Shown here: in pieces, positions 1 through 12,559 of the stretch
How the letters are laid out: each line of letters begins with the position of its first letter
Numbering within the stretch: the stretch's first letter is position 1
Assembly (NCBI RefSeq): GCF_006345805.1
Contig: NC_042999.1
Location: 68,820,001-68,884,000, forward strand
Origin: Octopus sinensis
Taxonomy: Eukaryota
Direction: 5' to 3'
Length of the DNA: 64,000 bases
Position numbers and translations under genes: made by a program
The notes under the pieces: model-generated
The model's input: only the letters and a program-made list of their open reading frames with translations
The model's database searches: none
Told to the model about the DNA's origin: nothing

Positions 1-235
1 AGAACATACATAGACCAGGTTTGTAATCAGTGTTGCACTACATTCAACAACTGAGCGGAAAGCCTGTCGACATAATCGATTCAAGTACTTAAATGTTATC
101 TATTTTATGGACGAATGACGCAGCTGAGATGGGCGAGATTTGCATTCTTTAATACCGCAAAACACATAACAGATCTTGTCAGTGTATCGCTCTTATATTT
201 AATAATAATAACTATAGCTAACTATAATTCTTTCT

Positions 236-726
236 ATTATAGGCACAAGGCCTGAAATTTGGGGGAGGAGGATAGTCGATTCAACTGGTACTTAATTTAT
301 CGACCTCGAAAGGATGAATTATTATTATTATTATTATTATTATTGTTCGACCGTGGTCGAGACAATGGAATTTACTATGCTACGCCAGATTTCACGGTCC
401 ATCATAGCATTGCAGAGGTCCTGTTGCTGGATGCCTGTATCCCTGGAGATTACATTAGGGTAGGAGAGTGTGCGCCCTCTGGTATCGCGAGTAGATGGCT
501 TCCAGAGGAGGAGAGCAGAAATTACCTCGTTTTCAGCTCTACAACAATGTGCAGCAAACTGGACTCTTCTACTTTTCACAAGAGATGATACAGGTGGTAG
601 TTTCCCATATAGGGAAAGGATGAAAGGTAAAGTCGACCTCGGCGGGATCTGAACTCGGAACGTAAAGACAGACGAAATATCGCTAAGCATTTCGCCCGGC
701 GTGCTAACGTTTCAGCCAGCTCGCCG
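236..726 (-). mobile_element. tRNA-headed SINE, family A, split by an RTE insertion
   Basis: On the minus strand: head GGCGAGCTGG...CGCCGGGCGAAATGCTTAGC, B-box-like GAGTTCAGATCC, body GAGGTCGACTTTACCTTTCATCC, tail AATTTCAGGCCTTGTGCCTATAATAG. The same family recurs more than 15 times in the window. Confidence 0.9.
319..613 (-). mobile_element. 5'-truncated RTE-clade LINE 3' end with (TAA)n tail and 11-bp TSD
   Basis: The minus frame encodes RRVQFAAHCCRAENEVISALLLW...RGRTLSYPNVISRDTG...AMMDREIWRSIV, typical of an RTE ORF C-terminus. The tail reads (TTA)n on + at 319-344. GAAAGGATGAA is duplicated at 308-318 and 614-624. Confidence 0.85.
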
Positions 727-869
727 CTTTGGTAGCTAACTAGAATATCAATCGTACGTAACATAAGCAAACAGACCAGAAAGTTTTGTGGAAGGTTTAA
801 TTCAGTAGTCCTCAACTATATTTTTTAACTATAGACCCCTTCGTTAATTATTTTTCTCTGATGAACTCC

Positions 870-1600
870 ATTCACTTGATGAGGGCGAAAGGCAAAATCG
901 ACCACGGCGGAATTTGAACTCGGAGCGTAAAGACAGACGAAAAACCTATCTCTTTACTACCCACAAGTAACTAAACACAGAGAGGACAAACCAGGACAGA
1001 CACACGGATTAAGTCGATTATATCGACCTCAGTGCGTAATTGGTACTTATTTAATCGACCCCGAAAGGATGAAAGGCAAAGTCGAACTCGGCGGAATTTG
1101 AACTCAGAACGTAGTGGCAGACGAAATACCGCTAAGCATTTCGTCCAGCGTGCAAACGTTTCTGCCAGCTAGTCGCCTCACATAATATAAAGCATTGGCT
1201 AAAAACTGGGGGCGATGTAATCGACTTCCCCTCTTCTCAAATATTGCTGGCTTTGTGTCTAAGTTTGAAACCAATATCATTATTGTTCTAGACAAAATAC
1301 TTAGTGGCATTTTCCCCTGTTGTTTATGCTCTGAGTTCAAATTCGACCGAGGTCCACTTTGCTCGCCTCCATGTAATCAACTTATCCACACCCACTACCA
1401 CTACCACTAAAATTTCAGGCCTTGTGCTGAAATTTGAAACCAACATTATTATTATTATCCTGTTGAAGGCGGCGAGCTGGCAAAATCCTCGGCGCGTCAA
1501 ACAAAATGCTTTGTGACATTTTTCTGGATGTCTAAATTCTGAGTTCAAAACCCGCCGAAGTCGTCTTTTACCTTTTATCCCGCCGGAGCTTCGGCATACT
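870..1600. mobile_element. Cluster of SINE-A copies (dimeric copy 870-1180 minus; plus-strand fragments 1205-1600)
   Basis: Repeated GAGTTCAAATT B-box, GTCGAC body and GGCCTTGTG tail motifs in both orientations. Confidence 0.85.
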
Positions 1601-1614
1601 AAGCTTAGAACATT

Positions 1615-1770
1615 TCCATTGATCTGACGTGCAGGAAGATGGCGTACAATTGCGTGGATGACGTCACAGCTATGTGCGATAGAGCGATCTGAACATTCCC
1701 AATGCGCAGCGACGATGGTTAGCACGAATCTTAACGAGACAAATTGGTGGACTTGCATATTTGTCTCACA
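1615..1770 (+). promoter_or_regulatory. Candidate CpG-rich promoter/enhancer
   Basis: Unique CpG-dense patch containing TGACGT, GGAAGATGGCG (ETS/YY1-like), a full CRE palindrome TGACGTCA, CCAAT and TGCGCA within about 120 bp. No linked gene was identified. Confidence 0.35.
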
Positions 1771-2447
1771 TCAACGAAGCGTAAAACGTTGGTATTTGAC
1801 AAATCTGAAGGCTCCATGATAATTAAGCAATTCTCCTGATAAAACGCTCGTATTCATAACGTTGCTGATGCCTTTCCACAACTTACTAGTGTCACTAAAT
1901 TTACATAACTGTCCTTCGCATAATCTGATCTCTGTTTCCATACCCGCATTGTCGAGTGTAAACGCATTCAATCAATAGTTTGCTGCGATTAAGCATAAAT
2001 AGCTGTGAAAAGAGTTGCAGAGAATTATTCATTGATTAAAGGACTTATGGTGGAATTTCAAAGATAAAGATTCTTCCTTATGAAGATTGGTTCATAAGAT
2101 TAAAAACAGCGTTACATGCTTAGAGACAAGTTGTTTCTTGTTTTTCGTTTGATTAAATATTGTTAAATGTAATTAACATTTTAGCGCGTATTTAAATATG
2201 TCGCTCGTTATTGCAAGAGAAAGTTTGTATTATAAGCATTAGATCGTTTACAGATGTAAATAAAAGACTGAAAGAAAATACATGTTTTCGTTGATCCGCG
2301 GCGGCGGAGGAGGAGGAGGTGGTGGAGGAGGGAGTGAGGAAGAAAATGGTTGGGACTGAGTGGCAATAAAAATCTGGGGGCCATCCAGAACGGTTGAGAC
2401 TGATGAAACAGCTGAAACCAAGTGTGAATATCTATTTGTATTGCTTA

Positions 2448-2900
2448 GAGTGGCTGTGTGGTTAGTAGCTTGCTTACGAACCATATGATTCCGGGTTCAG
2501 TCGCACTGCGTGGCATCTTAGGCAAGTGTCTTCTACTATAGCCTCGGGCCGACCAAAGCCTTCTGAATGGATTTGGTAGACGGAAACTGAAAAAAGCCCG
2601 TCGTATATATGTATGTGTATATATATATATATTATATATATATATATATATGTGTGTGTATGTGTGTGTGTGTGTGTGTGTGTATGTTTGTCTGTCTGTG
2701 TTTGTCCACCCCACCCCCCCAACATCGCTTGACAACCGATGTTGGTGTGTTTACGTCCTCGTAATATAGTGGTTCGGCAAAAGAGACCGATGGAATAAGT
2801 ACTAGGCTTACAAAGAATAAGTCGTGGGGTCGATTTGCTCGACTAAAAGTGGTGCTCCGGCATGGTCGCAGTCAAATGACTGAAATAGATAAAAGAGTAA
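2448..2900 (+). mobile_element. tRNA-headed SINE, family B (full length, internal (TA)n(TG)n)
   Basis: GAGTGGCTGTGTGGTTAGTAGC A-box, GGGTTCAGTC B-box, GGCAAGTGTCTTCTACTATAGCC body, a central microsatellite, and 3' end GGCCGCAGTCAAATGACTGAAA-like. Confidence 0.9.
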
Positions 2901-3089
2901 GAAAATACATGGGGCATTTCAGAAGTTTCGAGACTATTTTTTTAACATAGGCAGTTATAAAGATCCGAGATAAATGTGATTTTAGTCTATCATTATTATA
3001 CCTCTAATAAGCTGACCTGCCAACTTTTGTTCTTCCCGAATGAAGGAGGCGGTTATAACAGCATTACTAAAATCCTACTAAAATCATCT

Positions 3090-3650
3090 TGTCACATTTG
3101 ACAAGTTTGTGGAATGCACTCGGGATATTTGGAAATTTGCCATGCAATAAAAGTTTTGTGTAAAACCGAGCAAAAACCCCACAGAAACATATGAGATACT
3201 CTAAGCTGTTTCGGAATTAATTTTTTCACTGGCACAAGAGGTTCAAGAACGGTAGAGAGGAGGTGAGAGACGATGAAGGGTGTGAGAGGGAGAGAGATTT
3301 CAGAATTGGTTGAGAAAATTCGCAATTTACTTGATGAAGTCTGTTATGCGTCTATAATGAGCATAACATCTGTTGGCAACTGAACAAAAAATTATTCATG
3401 AAAATTTTAACCTGTGTAAAATTTGTACAATGTTTATTTTCAGGGTGCTCACTGACGAGTATCGTGGTAAGCAACTATTTCACAGGGATGGACATTAAAA
3501 CTCATCTTTCTGCAGTTCAGATATTGTTCCCTGTGACGTTTGGTTGTTCCCCTAGCTGAAGGAAATCTCACGTACAACCCTTTGGAAGACATTCTGAAGA
3601 TAAGGAGGCTGTGACAAGGTTCCTTGACACCTTCACTTCCGAGGACTTGT
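3090..3650 (+). mobile_element. Internally deleted Tc1/mariner transposase relic
   Basis: Encodes FHWHKRFKNGREEVRDDEG (N-terminal HTH, about 3225-3280) and a C-terminal segment resembling SPDLAPCDFWLFP...KEAVTRFLDTFTSED (about 3515-3650), with frameshifts. TIRs were not found. Confidence 0.75.
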
Positions 3651-3924
3651 GCTTGTTTGGAATTAATGAATATCATTCCTGGAAAAGTGTGAAAACGTCT
3701 GGAAAGCACCTTTTATAGAGGGGAATAGGGAGGAGAGATGAATGTTTGGGAAGAGAACCGCAAAGACCCCCTCCGGTCATCTATCTGTGTCTGTCTGTGT
3801 CTGTCTGTCTGTATGCATGTATGTATGTATGTATATATGTATGCATGCATGCATGTATGTATGTAAGTATGTATGTATGTATGTAAGTATGTATGTATAT
3901 TAAGCTTCTATATTTGAAACTGGG

Positions 3925-4115
3925 TTTACTGCACAAAATGCTCATCGGTATTTCACCCGTCGCTAAGTTCTGAGTTCAAATTCCACCGAAGTCGACTTTG
4001 CCTTTCATCCTTTCGGGGTCGATGAATTAAGTACCAGTGAAACACTGGGGTCGATGTAATCGACTAGCCCTCCTCCCACCAAATTTCAAGCCTTGTGCCT
4101 TCGGTAGAAAGAATA
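3925..4115 (+). mobile_element. SINE-A copy
   Basis: GAGTTCAAATTCCACCGAAGTCGACTTTGCCTTTCATCCTTTCGGGGTCGAT...CAAGCCTTGTGCC. Confidence 0.9.
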
Positions 4116-4689
4116 TTTCAAATTGGGTGCAATGTCAGGTCAGCCACCAGAAGTTAAACTGAGAAGCCCCTATCAAGCAGTAACACACAAAAACATTAAC
4201 TTGTGTTGGCTATTGATTATAGTCTCAACATAACGTTATAAAGAAAGATACATTTCCTCAGAAGTAAACTTTGCAATTTATCAAGTCTTTAATTCTTTAA
4301 GTCACTTCCCTCTATTTAATGCCGCTTCCGATTATATTTAAAGAAGAATGTTCTGGAAGGCAAACACTTAGACCAAGACCATTGCTCTATTTATTTTCAG
4401 TTCCTTATAAAGACTTGTAAATGAGAAAATATTAAATCAATATGTATTTTCACAACAAACGGCTTTCAATTCCTTGTTACTTTTATGATGTTGGTTATTA
4501 TCAAACTGTAAATGCTACACTTCTCTCTGGACGCCATGTTTGATACATGAGGTTCTGCTTCAAATTGTTTTTCTTTCTCTATGCTTCTTTGTCTGTAAGA
4601 TAACATGTATGATAATACGACCAGAATCCTCTTTCCCGATCCAATTTTATCCATCTATCTACCTATTGATATATATATATATGAAGTTA

Positions 4690-4910
4690 ATCCAAACATG
4701 AAAACACAAAGAGAAAACACAACAACGCGGGGACGTGGAACAAGTATAGTGTTAATGGATTCTCAGGAAAGGAAAGAAAGAAAGAGGATTTTAACGTTTC
4801 GAGCGGAACTCTTCGTAAGAAACATAGGAAAAGGAAAGATCCAAGGAAGGGAAGACAGAGGAAAAAAATATCGCCAACGGTACACACGCAGTCACATTTT
4901 GAATTATATA
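4690..4910 (-). mobile_element. PLE pseudo-LTR-like fragment with degenerate minimal hammerhead (4791-4822)
   Basis: Minus strand CTTACGA-A-GAG(TTCCG)CTC-GAAA-CGTTA, with G5 lost from the core. Flanked by short (TA)n on both sides. Confidence 0.5.
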
Positions 4911-5179
4911 TATATATTCTTTAATTTTTCGTCTTTGGGTTTGGTTTGCAAGATTATTTATGTGAGTTCGAGTGTTGAAGCATATTCTGTTGTGTCTGAG
5001 GAGAGTCATTTTCTTTTTGTGCCTTATAATGTAACACACTCACCGGTAAAATTTCCACTTATTTCTCATTTTTATTTTCCTATAATTTTCGTTGCGTCTC
5101 GCAACCATTTCAATAGTCTTGACTCTTTCCGTTATCTACACTGCGTTCCTGTTTGTTTCTTCGTGCGCATGTGTGTAGG

Positions 5180-7207
5180 TCAGTGTGTGTGTGTGCCTAT
5201 GCATACATGCATGTATGTATGTATATATGTATGTATGTATGTATGCATGCATGTATGTATTTATGTATGTATATATGCATGTGTGTATGTATACATGTGT
5301 ATGTATGCATATGTATATATGTATGTGTGTGCATCTGTATGTATGTATTCTGCATATTCATGTGCTTGCATGTCCGTGTATGTGTATTTTTTATGTGTGT
5401 GTGAGGGTGTGTTAGTATATGTATGTACCTCTGTCTCTTTGTGTGTGCATGTGTGTGTATGTGTGTGTGTTTTGCAACTATGTATCTTGCTTGTATGTAT
5501 GGGTTTGCATCTCCATGTGTGGACACGTATCTCCATATGTGTCCTTGTGTGGAGTAAAGTGTGTGCATATATATGATCATGTGTTTCAGTCTCCATTTGC
5601 GTATGTGTGCTTGTGTGGCCGTACTAGAGCATTGCCTATAAGGGTTTTAGTCGAACAAAGCGATCCCAGGACTCATTTTTTAAAGCAGTGATGAGGGGAC
5701 AAACACGACACAAAGACACTCACATGTAGATATATATACATCATCATCAACAACAGGCTTCTTTTAGTTTCCGTCTATCTGATACATACATACATACATA
5801 CATACATACATACATACATACATACATACATACATACACACATACATACATACATACATACATACATACAAACATACATAGACAAATATGAAATATGACA
5901 CCGGAAAAAGCAAAAGTTATCTTATGAACTGCATTAGCTTACAGCAGTTTTTGCTATGAGATGCAGTTTTTGCTATGAGCACCCGGATAACATCCTATAG
6001 CTTCATCAGACCGTTGAATATGAAGTGCGATAGGAGGTACTGTTTCTTGTCCCCGACTTCCTACGCAACCGCTGAGCCTGGATGTGCATTCATCCATCCG
6101 TCGATGCTCTCGATGTAGGAGGTTGACCTGCTTTCTCTTCTGCGGGTCTGACGAATAGCAAAGGACCACGTTTCGGACTTCTCCCATCATGCGAGCTCTA
6201 GGACGAAGACCGTTCGCTCAACAGCAACAGCAGCAGCAACGGTGTCAGCAGATGCAGTGGCAGTAGAAGCAACAAACGTCCAATACCGATCAAACCAGGA
6301 AGACAAAACACTATTACTGTAGAGGCTTCAGACAATTGCCATACAAAGAAATAACTGCAGAACATGGGGAGACTTCGCTATAACTGCAGCAATTTCTCTG
6401 TAGATGATATTCAAGATGAGAAATATATGTATTTAGGGGTTCTGACTTGCGTTTCCAAAGGAAAGCGTGTTATACATAAACATACACAGAGATGTGTACA
6501 AATGCACACACGCATACACATTCATTCGCAAAAGACGCGAGCGCGTACACGCACAGACACACACACGTGTACACACACACAAACGCACCTTTCCATTCAT
6601 ACATATATACATATACACACGTACGCAAACATACATATACACTTTGTGTGCTTATGTGTATATGTGTGTGAGGGTGTGCGTGTGTGTGCGTGTATATGAC
6701 ACTGCGTGTTGAAGAAGGTATGGACAAATATACACACGCATGTGTGTATATTTGTATGTATGCATACGTGCATTTATATACACGCATACACATATGTGCG
6801 TGTGTGTGTATATATATATGAACGTTCGTATGATTAGTTTTACGTTTGCGTGTGTGTGTGTGTGTGTGTGTGAGTGTTTGTGTGTGTGTGTTGTTTGTGT
6901 GTGTGCTTGTGTTTGTGTTTGTGCTTGTGTGTTTGTGCGTGTATTTGTGCTTGTGTGTTTGTGCTTGTGTGTGTGTGTGTTTGTGCTTGTGTTTGTGTTT
7001 GTGTGTGTGTGAGTGTGTTTGTGCTTGTGTGTGTGTTTGTGCTTCTGTGCATGTTTGTGCTTGTGTGTGTGTGTTTGGGTTTTGTGTGTGTGTTTGTGTG
7101 TGTGTGTGTATGCGTGTGTGTGTGTTTGTCCTTGTGTGTTTGCGTGTGTATGGTTCGTACGTGTGCTTGTGTTTGTGTGTATGTGTGTTTGTGCTTGTGC
7201 TTGTGTT

Positions 7208-7238
<31 letters not shown>

Positions 7239-7315
7239 GCGTGTGTGTTTGTGTGTTTGTGCGTGTGTTTGTGTTTGTACGTCTGTGCGTGGTGTGTGTG
7301 TGTGCGTCCGTGCTG
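5180..7315. repeat. Compound (ATGT)n/(TG)n/(ATAC)n microsatellite field (unique island at about 5900-6460)
   Basis: Directly visible. It accounts for the low-complexity ORFs 4605-5576 (3' part) and 6470-7407. Confidence 0.95.
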
Positions 7316-7762
7316 AAAAACAAAAATTAGTTTCGTCGAGAATGGCTTCTTCACACGCACCCTGTTCCTTATCACGTGGGGATTCCGATTCTTCCTACCT
7401 CACCTAAAACCGGCATGTATTTCACTCTGGCCATAAATAATTGAAGATGGCGGAAGAAATGAGGGGAAAACTAGTAAACTTATTTAAAAGATAATGAAAT
7501 AGAAAGGAAACTAAGAAACCTGATGGTTATCATGATCATTGCCAACCTCTTCCTTCTCCTCACCAATCTGCTCCTCCATCACATCGTCATCAGCATCATT
7601 TAGCAACCGGTGTCATTAAAATCATCGTAAGCTGCTACTGCTGCTGCTGCTGCTGATGATGATGAAGAGGATGATGATTATGACAATGGTATATTGGCAT
7701 ATGTACATGTGTGTATATATATATGTATGCATGTATATATATATATACACATACAATTAAAC

Positions 7763-7799
<37 letters not shown>

Positions 7800-7801
<2 letters not shown>

Positions 7802-8026
7802 CTCTTTTACTCTTTTACTTATTCAGTCATTTGACTGCGGCCATGCTGGAGCACCGCCTTTAGTCGAGCAAATCGACCCCAGGACTTATTTTTCGGAGGC
7901 CTAGTACTTATTCTATCAGTTTCTTTTGCCGAACCGCAAAGAAACGGGGACGTAAACACACCAGCATCGGTTGTCAAACGATGTTGCGCGGGTGGACAAA
8001 CACAGACACACACACACACCCACACC

Positions 8027-8124
<98 letters not shown>

Positions 8125-8240
8125 TACGATGGGCTTCTTTCAGTTTCCGTCTACCAAATTCACTCGCAAGGATTTGGTCGGCCCGAGGTTATAGTAGAAG
8201 ACACTTGCCCAAGATGCCACGCAGTGGGACTGAACCGGAA
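7800..8240 (-). mobile_element. SINE-B copy
   Basis: Reverse complement of family B: TTCAGTCATTTGACTGCGGCCATGCTGGAGCACC...GACACTTGCCCAAGATGCCACGCAGTGGGACTGAACC. Confidence 0.9.
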
Positions 8241-8250
8241 CCATGTGCAC

Positions 8251-8282
<32 letters not shown>

Positions 8283-8304
8283 TATATATATATATATATA
8301 TATA

Positions 8305-8356
<52 letters not shown>

Positions 8357-8357
<1 letters not shown>

Positions 8358-8480
8358 GGCTACATTACGTACCTGAAAGGCAATAAATGGACACTAAGAC
8401 TAAGGATGCCGGAACGGACAATGGACAAAATCAAGAGGCCGAGCAAAGACAAGGTAGCGAGATGAAACCTTGAATACAGA
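8357..8480 (+). mobile_element. Short RTE-clade 3' fragment
   Basis: Encodes GYITYLKGNKWTLRL...DKIKRP, resembling the RTE C-terminal AGHIAR..DNRWT..L.EW.P....R..GRP motif. Degenerate. Confidence 0.5.
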
Positions 8481-8515
8481 CATTTTGTATCTTAACAAAA
8501 TGGACAAATAGATAG

Positions 8516-8546
<31 letters not shown>

Positions 8547-8595
8547 GATAGATAGAGATAGATAGACAGACAGACAGACAGAGAGACAGACAGAC

Positions 8596-8677
<82 letters not shown>

Positions 8678-8727
8678 ACAGACAGACAGACAGACAGACA
8701 GACAGATACACAGACAGACAGACAGAC

Positions 8728-8761
<34 letters not shown>

Positions 8762-9436
8762 GCAGATGGATAGATAGATGGATAGACAATTCAGTATCCA
8801 GTCCAACTCTAGGTCTACCATTTAGCTAAATGTTGAGAGTACGGGTCATTTTCCTTGTTAACTTAATTCGTATAGTCATAAAAACCATAGCACCAACAAT
8901 TTGTTAAGATGTTTTGCATTGCCAGTTTTGCAATATCTCAGATGAACTAAAATTATTTCCTCAGTATCTCACGTAAGTCTACGTAGGATATTAACGTCAA
9001 ACATGTATTTTAGCATCCCACTGCATATTTCCCTCACTCGCGTGTTTTATAAGCCTTCTAACGCAATTGTTACTTTTGTGTCATTTGAAATATGGCTCCT
9101 TTTTGCCATTGTCTGTTCCTCAGAAACCAACCATCGAGGCGTCAAAAACTTCTATATATTTAGTAGTTAAACGGGTAACAATCTTTAGTGCGATAGCGAC
9201 TGTTGGATGCGAATAGTCACTGAAACGTAGATGTCTCTCAAGGAGAGCTTTAGTAAATATTCTTTATATGCTATTTTTGTGCTCCATTTTTACCACTTAT
9301 CTAACTCACATAGGCATAAAGCCATAGCACCGATTACCTGTTGAGCTGTTGTGCACTTTCGGTGATTAATAATATCGTGTTTTGATAAACCAAATTTCTA
9401 CTAGCTAGGTTTATGCTTGTCTGCTTTGATTGCCGT

Positions 9437-9510
<74 letters not shown>

Positions 9511-9876
9511 ATACATACATACATATACATCATACATACATACATACATACATACACACAAACACACACGCACACACATACACCCATATACTCACATATA
9601 TATTTGTGTGTGTATACATACGTATATATAGATTGATACATAGATACCTACTTACATACATACATATGTATATATATATGTGTGTATATGTGTGTGTGTA
9701 TACATATGTATGTATGTGTGTGTGTGTGCGTGAGTGGGTGTGTGTGTTTGTATGGTTGGAAAGAAGTCAAAGGAGAGTTGGATATACGTAACGACAGTCT
9801 GGTTGATCGTTGCTAAACTATCCTCAGTATATTATTCTATACATTTCTCCTCTCCTCTCAGTGTCTATGTATATGC

Positions 9877-9981
<105 letters not shown>

Positions 9982-10353
9982 CCTATCTAAATTACATACA
10001 TATATGGTCATGCACTCGCGCACACATTTGTGCATGTGTGTGTTTGTTTATACATATTACATATGTATACACACATGTATATTTTCCAGAGAGAAAGAGA
10101 GAGAGAGAGGGAGAGAGAGAGGGGGGAGAGAGAGAAACTGATAGAGTGAAATTGTGTAAGGGAGAAAAGCGAGTGACTGCGCAAGAGAAAAGCCTATAGT
10201 GAGCGCTCACTCTATAGCCGTTTCGCTCTAACTGCGTTCCTCGTTTGTCAGTAGGTATTCTAATCTTCCGTTTTCGTTTCCTGGCTCTATCAATTTCTGT
10301 TGATTTTCTTTTGCTTTTTCTATAACTATTATCAACTCTTCCACCCCCATCTC

Positions 10354-10401
<48 letters not shown>

Positions 10402-10698
10402 TTCTCCTTTCACACTCAAATTCTTTGTCCACTTCTCTGCATCGTCTCTCTTATCCACTTTTATTATTGATGGAAATCACTCAAATATTTAACGGTGTCT
10501 TTTCTTATCAACCTCTCTTTAGAAACACATCAAATACCGACGCCATTTTGTTTCCATTTCTTCCCCAGTTTTCCTTCTCTCTTTCCTTTCTTAATGCAGT
10601 TTAGTTTTTCTATAATTTAGGTCTTGCTTATATATTTACTTTTCCCCCCTTTTTTTCTTCTTTACCTCGTACTAAGATTTCTGTTTCATTGCACTTTC

Positions 10699-10737
<39 letters not shown>

Positions 10738-11019
10738 CTCATATCGTTCTTGTTTCTTCACATCGATTCATACAGCTTTTTTTCTTACCTTCCTTATTCT
10801 CAGATAAAAAAAGAAGAAAAGGAAGAAAAATTAATATTACCATTACCCGAGCACATCTTTGCTTTTCAACTTTCCGGAACTTTTTAAAATAAATGAATAC
10901 CAGTCATTTACTAGGTCAATGTGATCGACTGTATTCACTCTCCTAAAATTTGTGGCTTTGCGTATATCGTAGAAATCACCGAAACCCTTTACGCCTCGGT
11001 GCACTTTGCTTGTCATCCT

Positions 11020-11560
11020 TACTGAGTCGATAAAGTAAATACATTCCAAGTTCCTATACTTCCAAAGGTCATTTTGTTTATTCATCCTTCCGGGATCGAT
11101 AAAATACACTCCCAGGTAAGTATTGGACTCGATATAATCGATTGATCTCTTGCATCATTTCACATTTGCTGCTTTGGTTGGGTGGTGGATTCACAGAATC
11201 GTTAAACATCAATATTGTTTCGGTTCCTTTCGTTTTCAGTTCAATTCCTGCCGAAGTCAACTTTGCCTTTTATCCTGTAGGGGCCGATAAAATAATATAG
11301 CAGTCAAATGTGGGACTCTGAGGTACCAACTAACATTGTCTCTCTAAAATTACTGGTTTTGTACAAAAATCATAAAGAATTATTATTCTTATTTACTGCG
11401 TTGGATAAAATGCTTAGCGGTATTTCGTCTGTCTTTACGATCTGCGTTCAAATTCCGCCGAGGTCGGCGTTTCCTTTTATCCATTCAAGTTGATAAATTA
11501 AACACCAGTTTAACACTGTAATCGCCCAGTCCTCGCGAAATTTCAGTCTTTGTGGCTATC
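11020..11560. mobile_element. Degenerate SINE-A fragments (both strands)
   Basis: TTCAAATTCCGCCGAGGTCGGCG, GCCGAAGTCAACTTTGCCTTT and CATCCTTCCGGGATCGATAAAA motifs. Confidence 0.75.
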
Positions 11561-12189
11561 GTATAAATAGTTTAGATGCGCGCAGAGCGACGAAACCTTT
11601 CTGCATGCGTTGACGCAGCGTCCAAATATTGCTGACTTGCGGATTATGTCCAACAGCTGTTATCAGGTGTGAGACGAATTCGACTATCGGCCGGATCCAT
11701 CATAAGGATCGATCTACAATCCACCCTTAACAAGGCAGGGCAGATGGTGTTCCTCTGTCTAGTGACTGTGGCGAACGAGCGTCTGCGGTGGACGAGTTTG
11801 AAAGCTTTGAGGAAAGGCATCTTCCTCTTCGGTCAAATTCTCATCGACTTTTTAAAAGAGAAGTGAGATGGAGGGGTAGGTGCTAACTCCCAGTGAATTT
11901 GTAAAAAGATTGTGGTAAAAATGGTAAGAGTAAACGGATCTACTCTAAGTATGTGCCTGTAGATTAGAAACCAGGAGAGAGGCCTCGCACCTTTGGTGGC
12001 TAGAGTAATGCTGTGTCTGTGGGGTTTCTTTAATCGACCAAATTGGAGTTTCTCCTGTATCAGCAGGACCGCATCATTCAAGTTATCACATATTTTGTAT
12101 ACTTTTATCGCATTTCACTGTATTTTCCGTTTCTTCACCCCACCCCATCCTCTATTAAATACCTATACAAATTGTTGTCTGTCCAAAAG

Positions 12190-12310
12190 AGACCAATAGA
12201 ATAAGTACTAGGTTTACAAAGAATAAGTCCTGGGCTCGATTTGTTCGACTAAAGGCGGTGCTCTAGCATGGCCGCAGTCAAATGACTGAAACAAATAAAA
12301 GGATAAAAGA
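12190..12310 (+). mobile_element. SINE-B 3' portion
   Basis: GAATAAGTACTAGGTTTACAAAGAATAAGTCCTGGG...CATGGCCGCAGTCAAATGACTGAAACA. Confidence 0.85.
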
Positions 12311-12559
12311 TGCTTCTTTTAAAATTGCTATTTTGTTCGCCACATTTTAACTTGTGAAAGTCGAATTAAGTAAAACCTTCGAGAAAGAAATCTTGGCTGT
12401 GTCTTGCTGTAAATACATCTACAGCAAAATTTGTTTCACGGATCCTTCAAATGATTCTGTAGATCCCAGTTTACTAATTTACTTATGTGGACCCTCCAAA
12501 AATCTTGTATGGACCTTTAAGGGCTATATGGACCCCGGTTGAGGGCTACTGTCCTAGCT

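Noticed and set aside
2448-2520. tRNA-like A and B boxes in SINE heads
   Set aside because: No acceptor stem or complete cloverleaf forms. They continue into SINE bodies, so they are not called tRNA genes.
10199-10210. GTGAGCGCTCAC equals the core of the symmetric lac operator
   Set aside because: Only the 12-bp core matches, the AATT flanks are missing, and there is no vector sequence nearby. It is treated as a chance palindrome.
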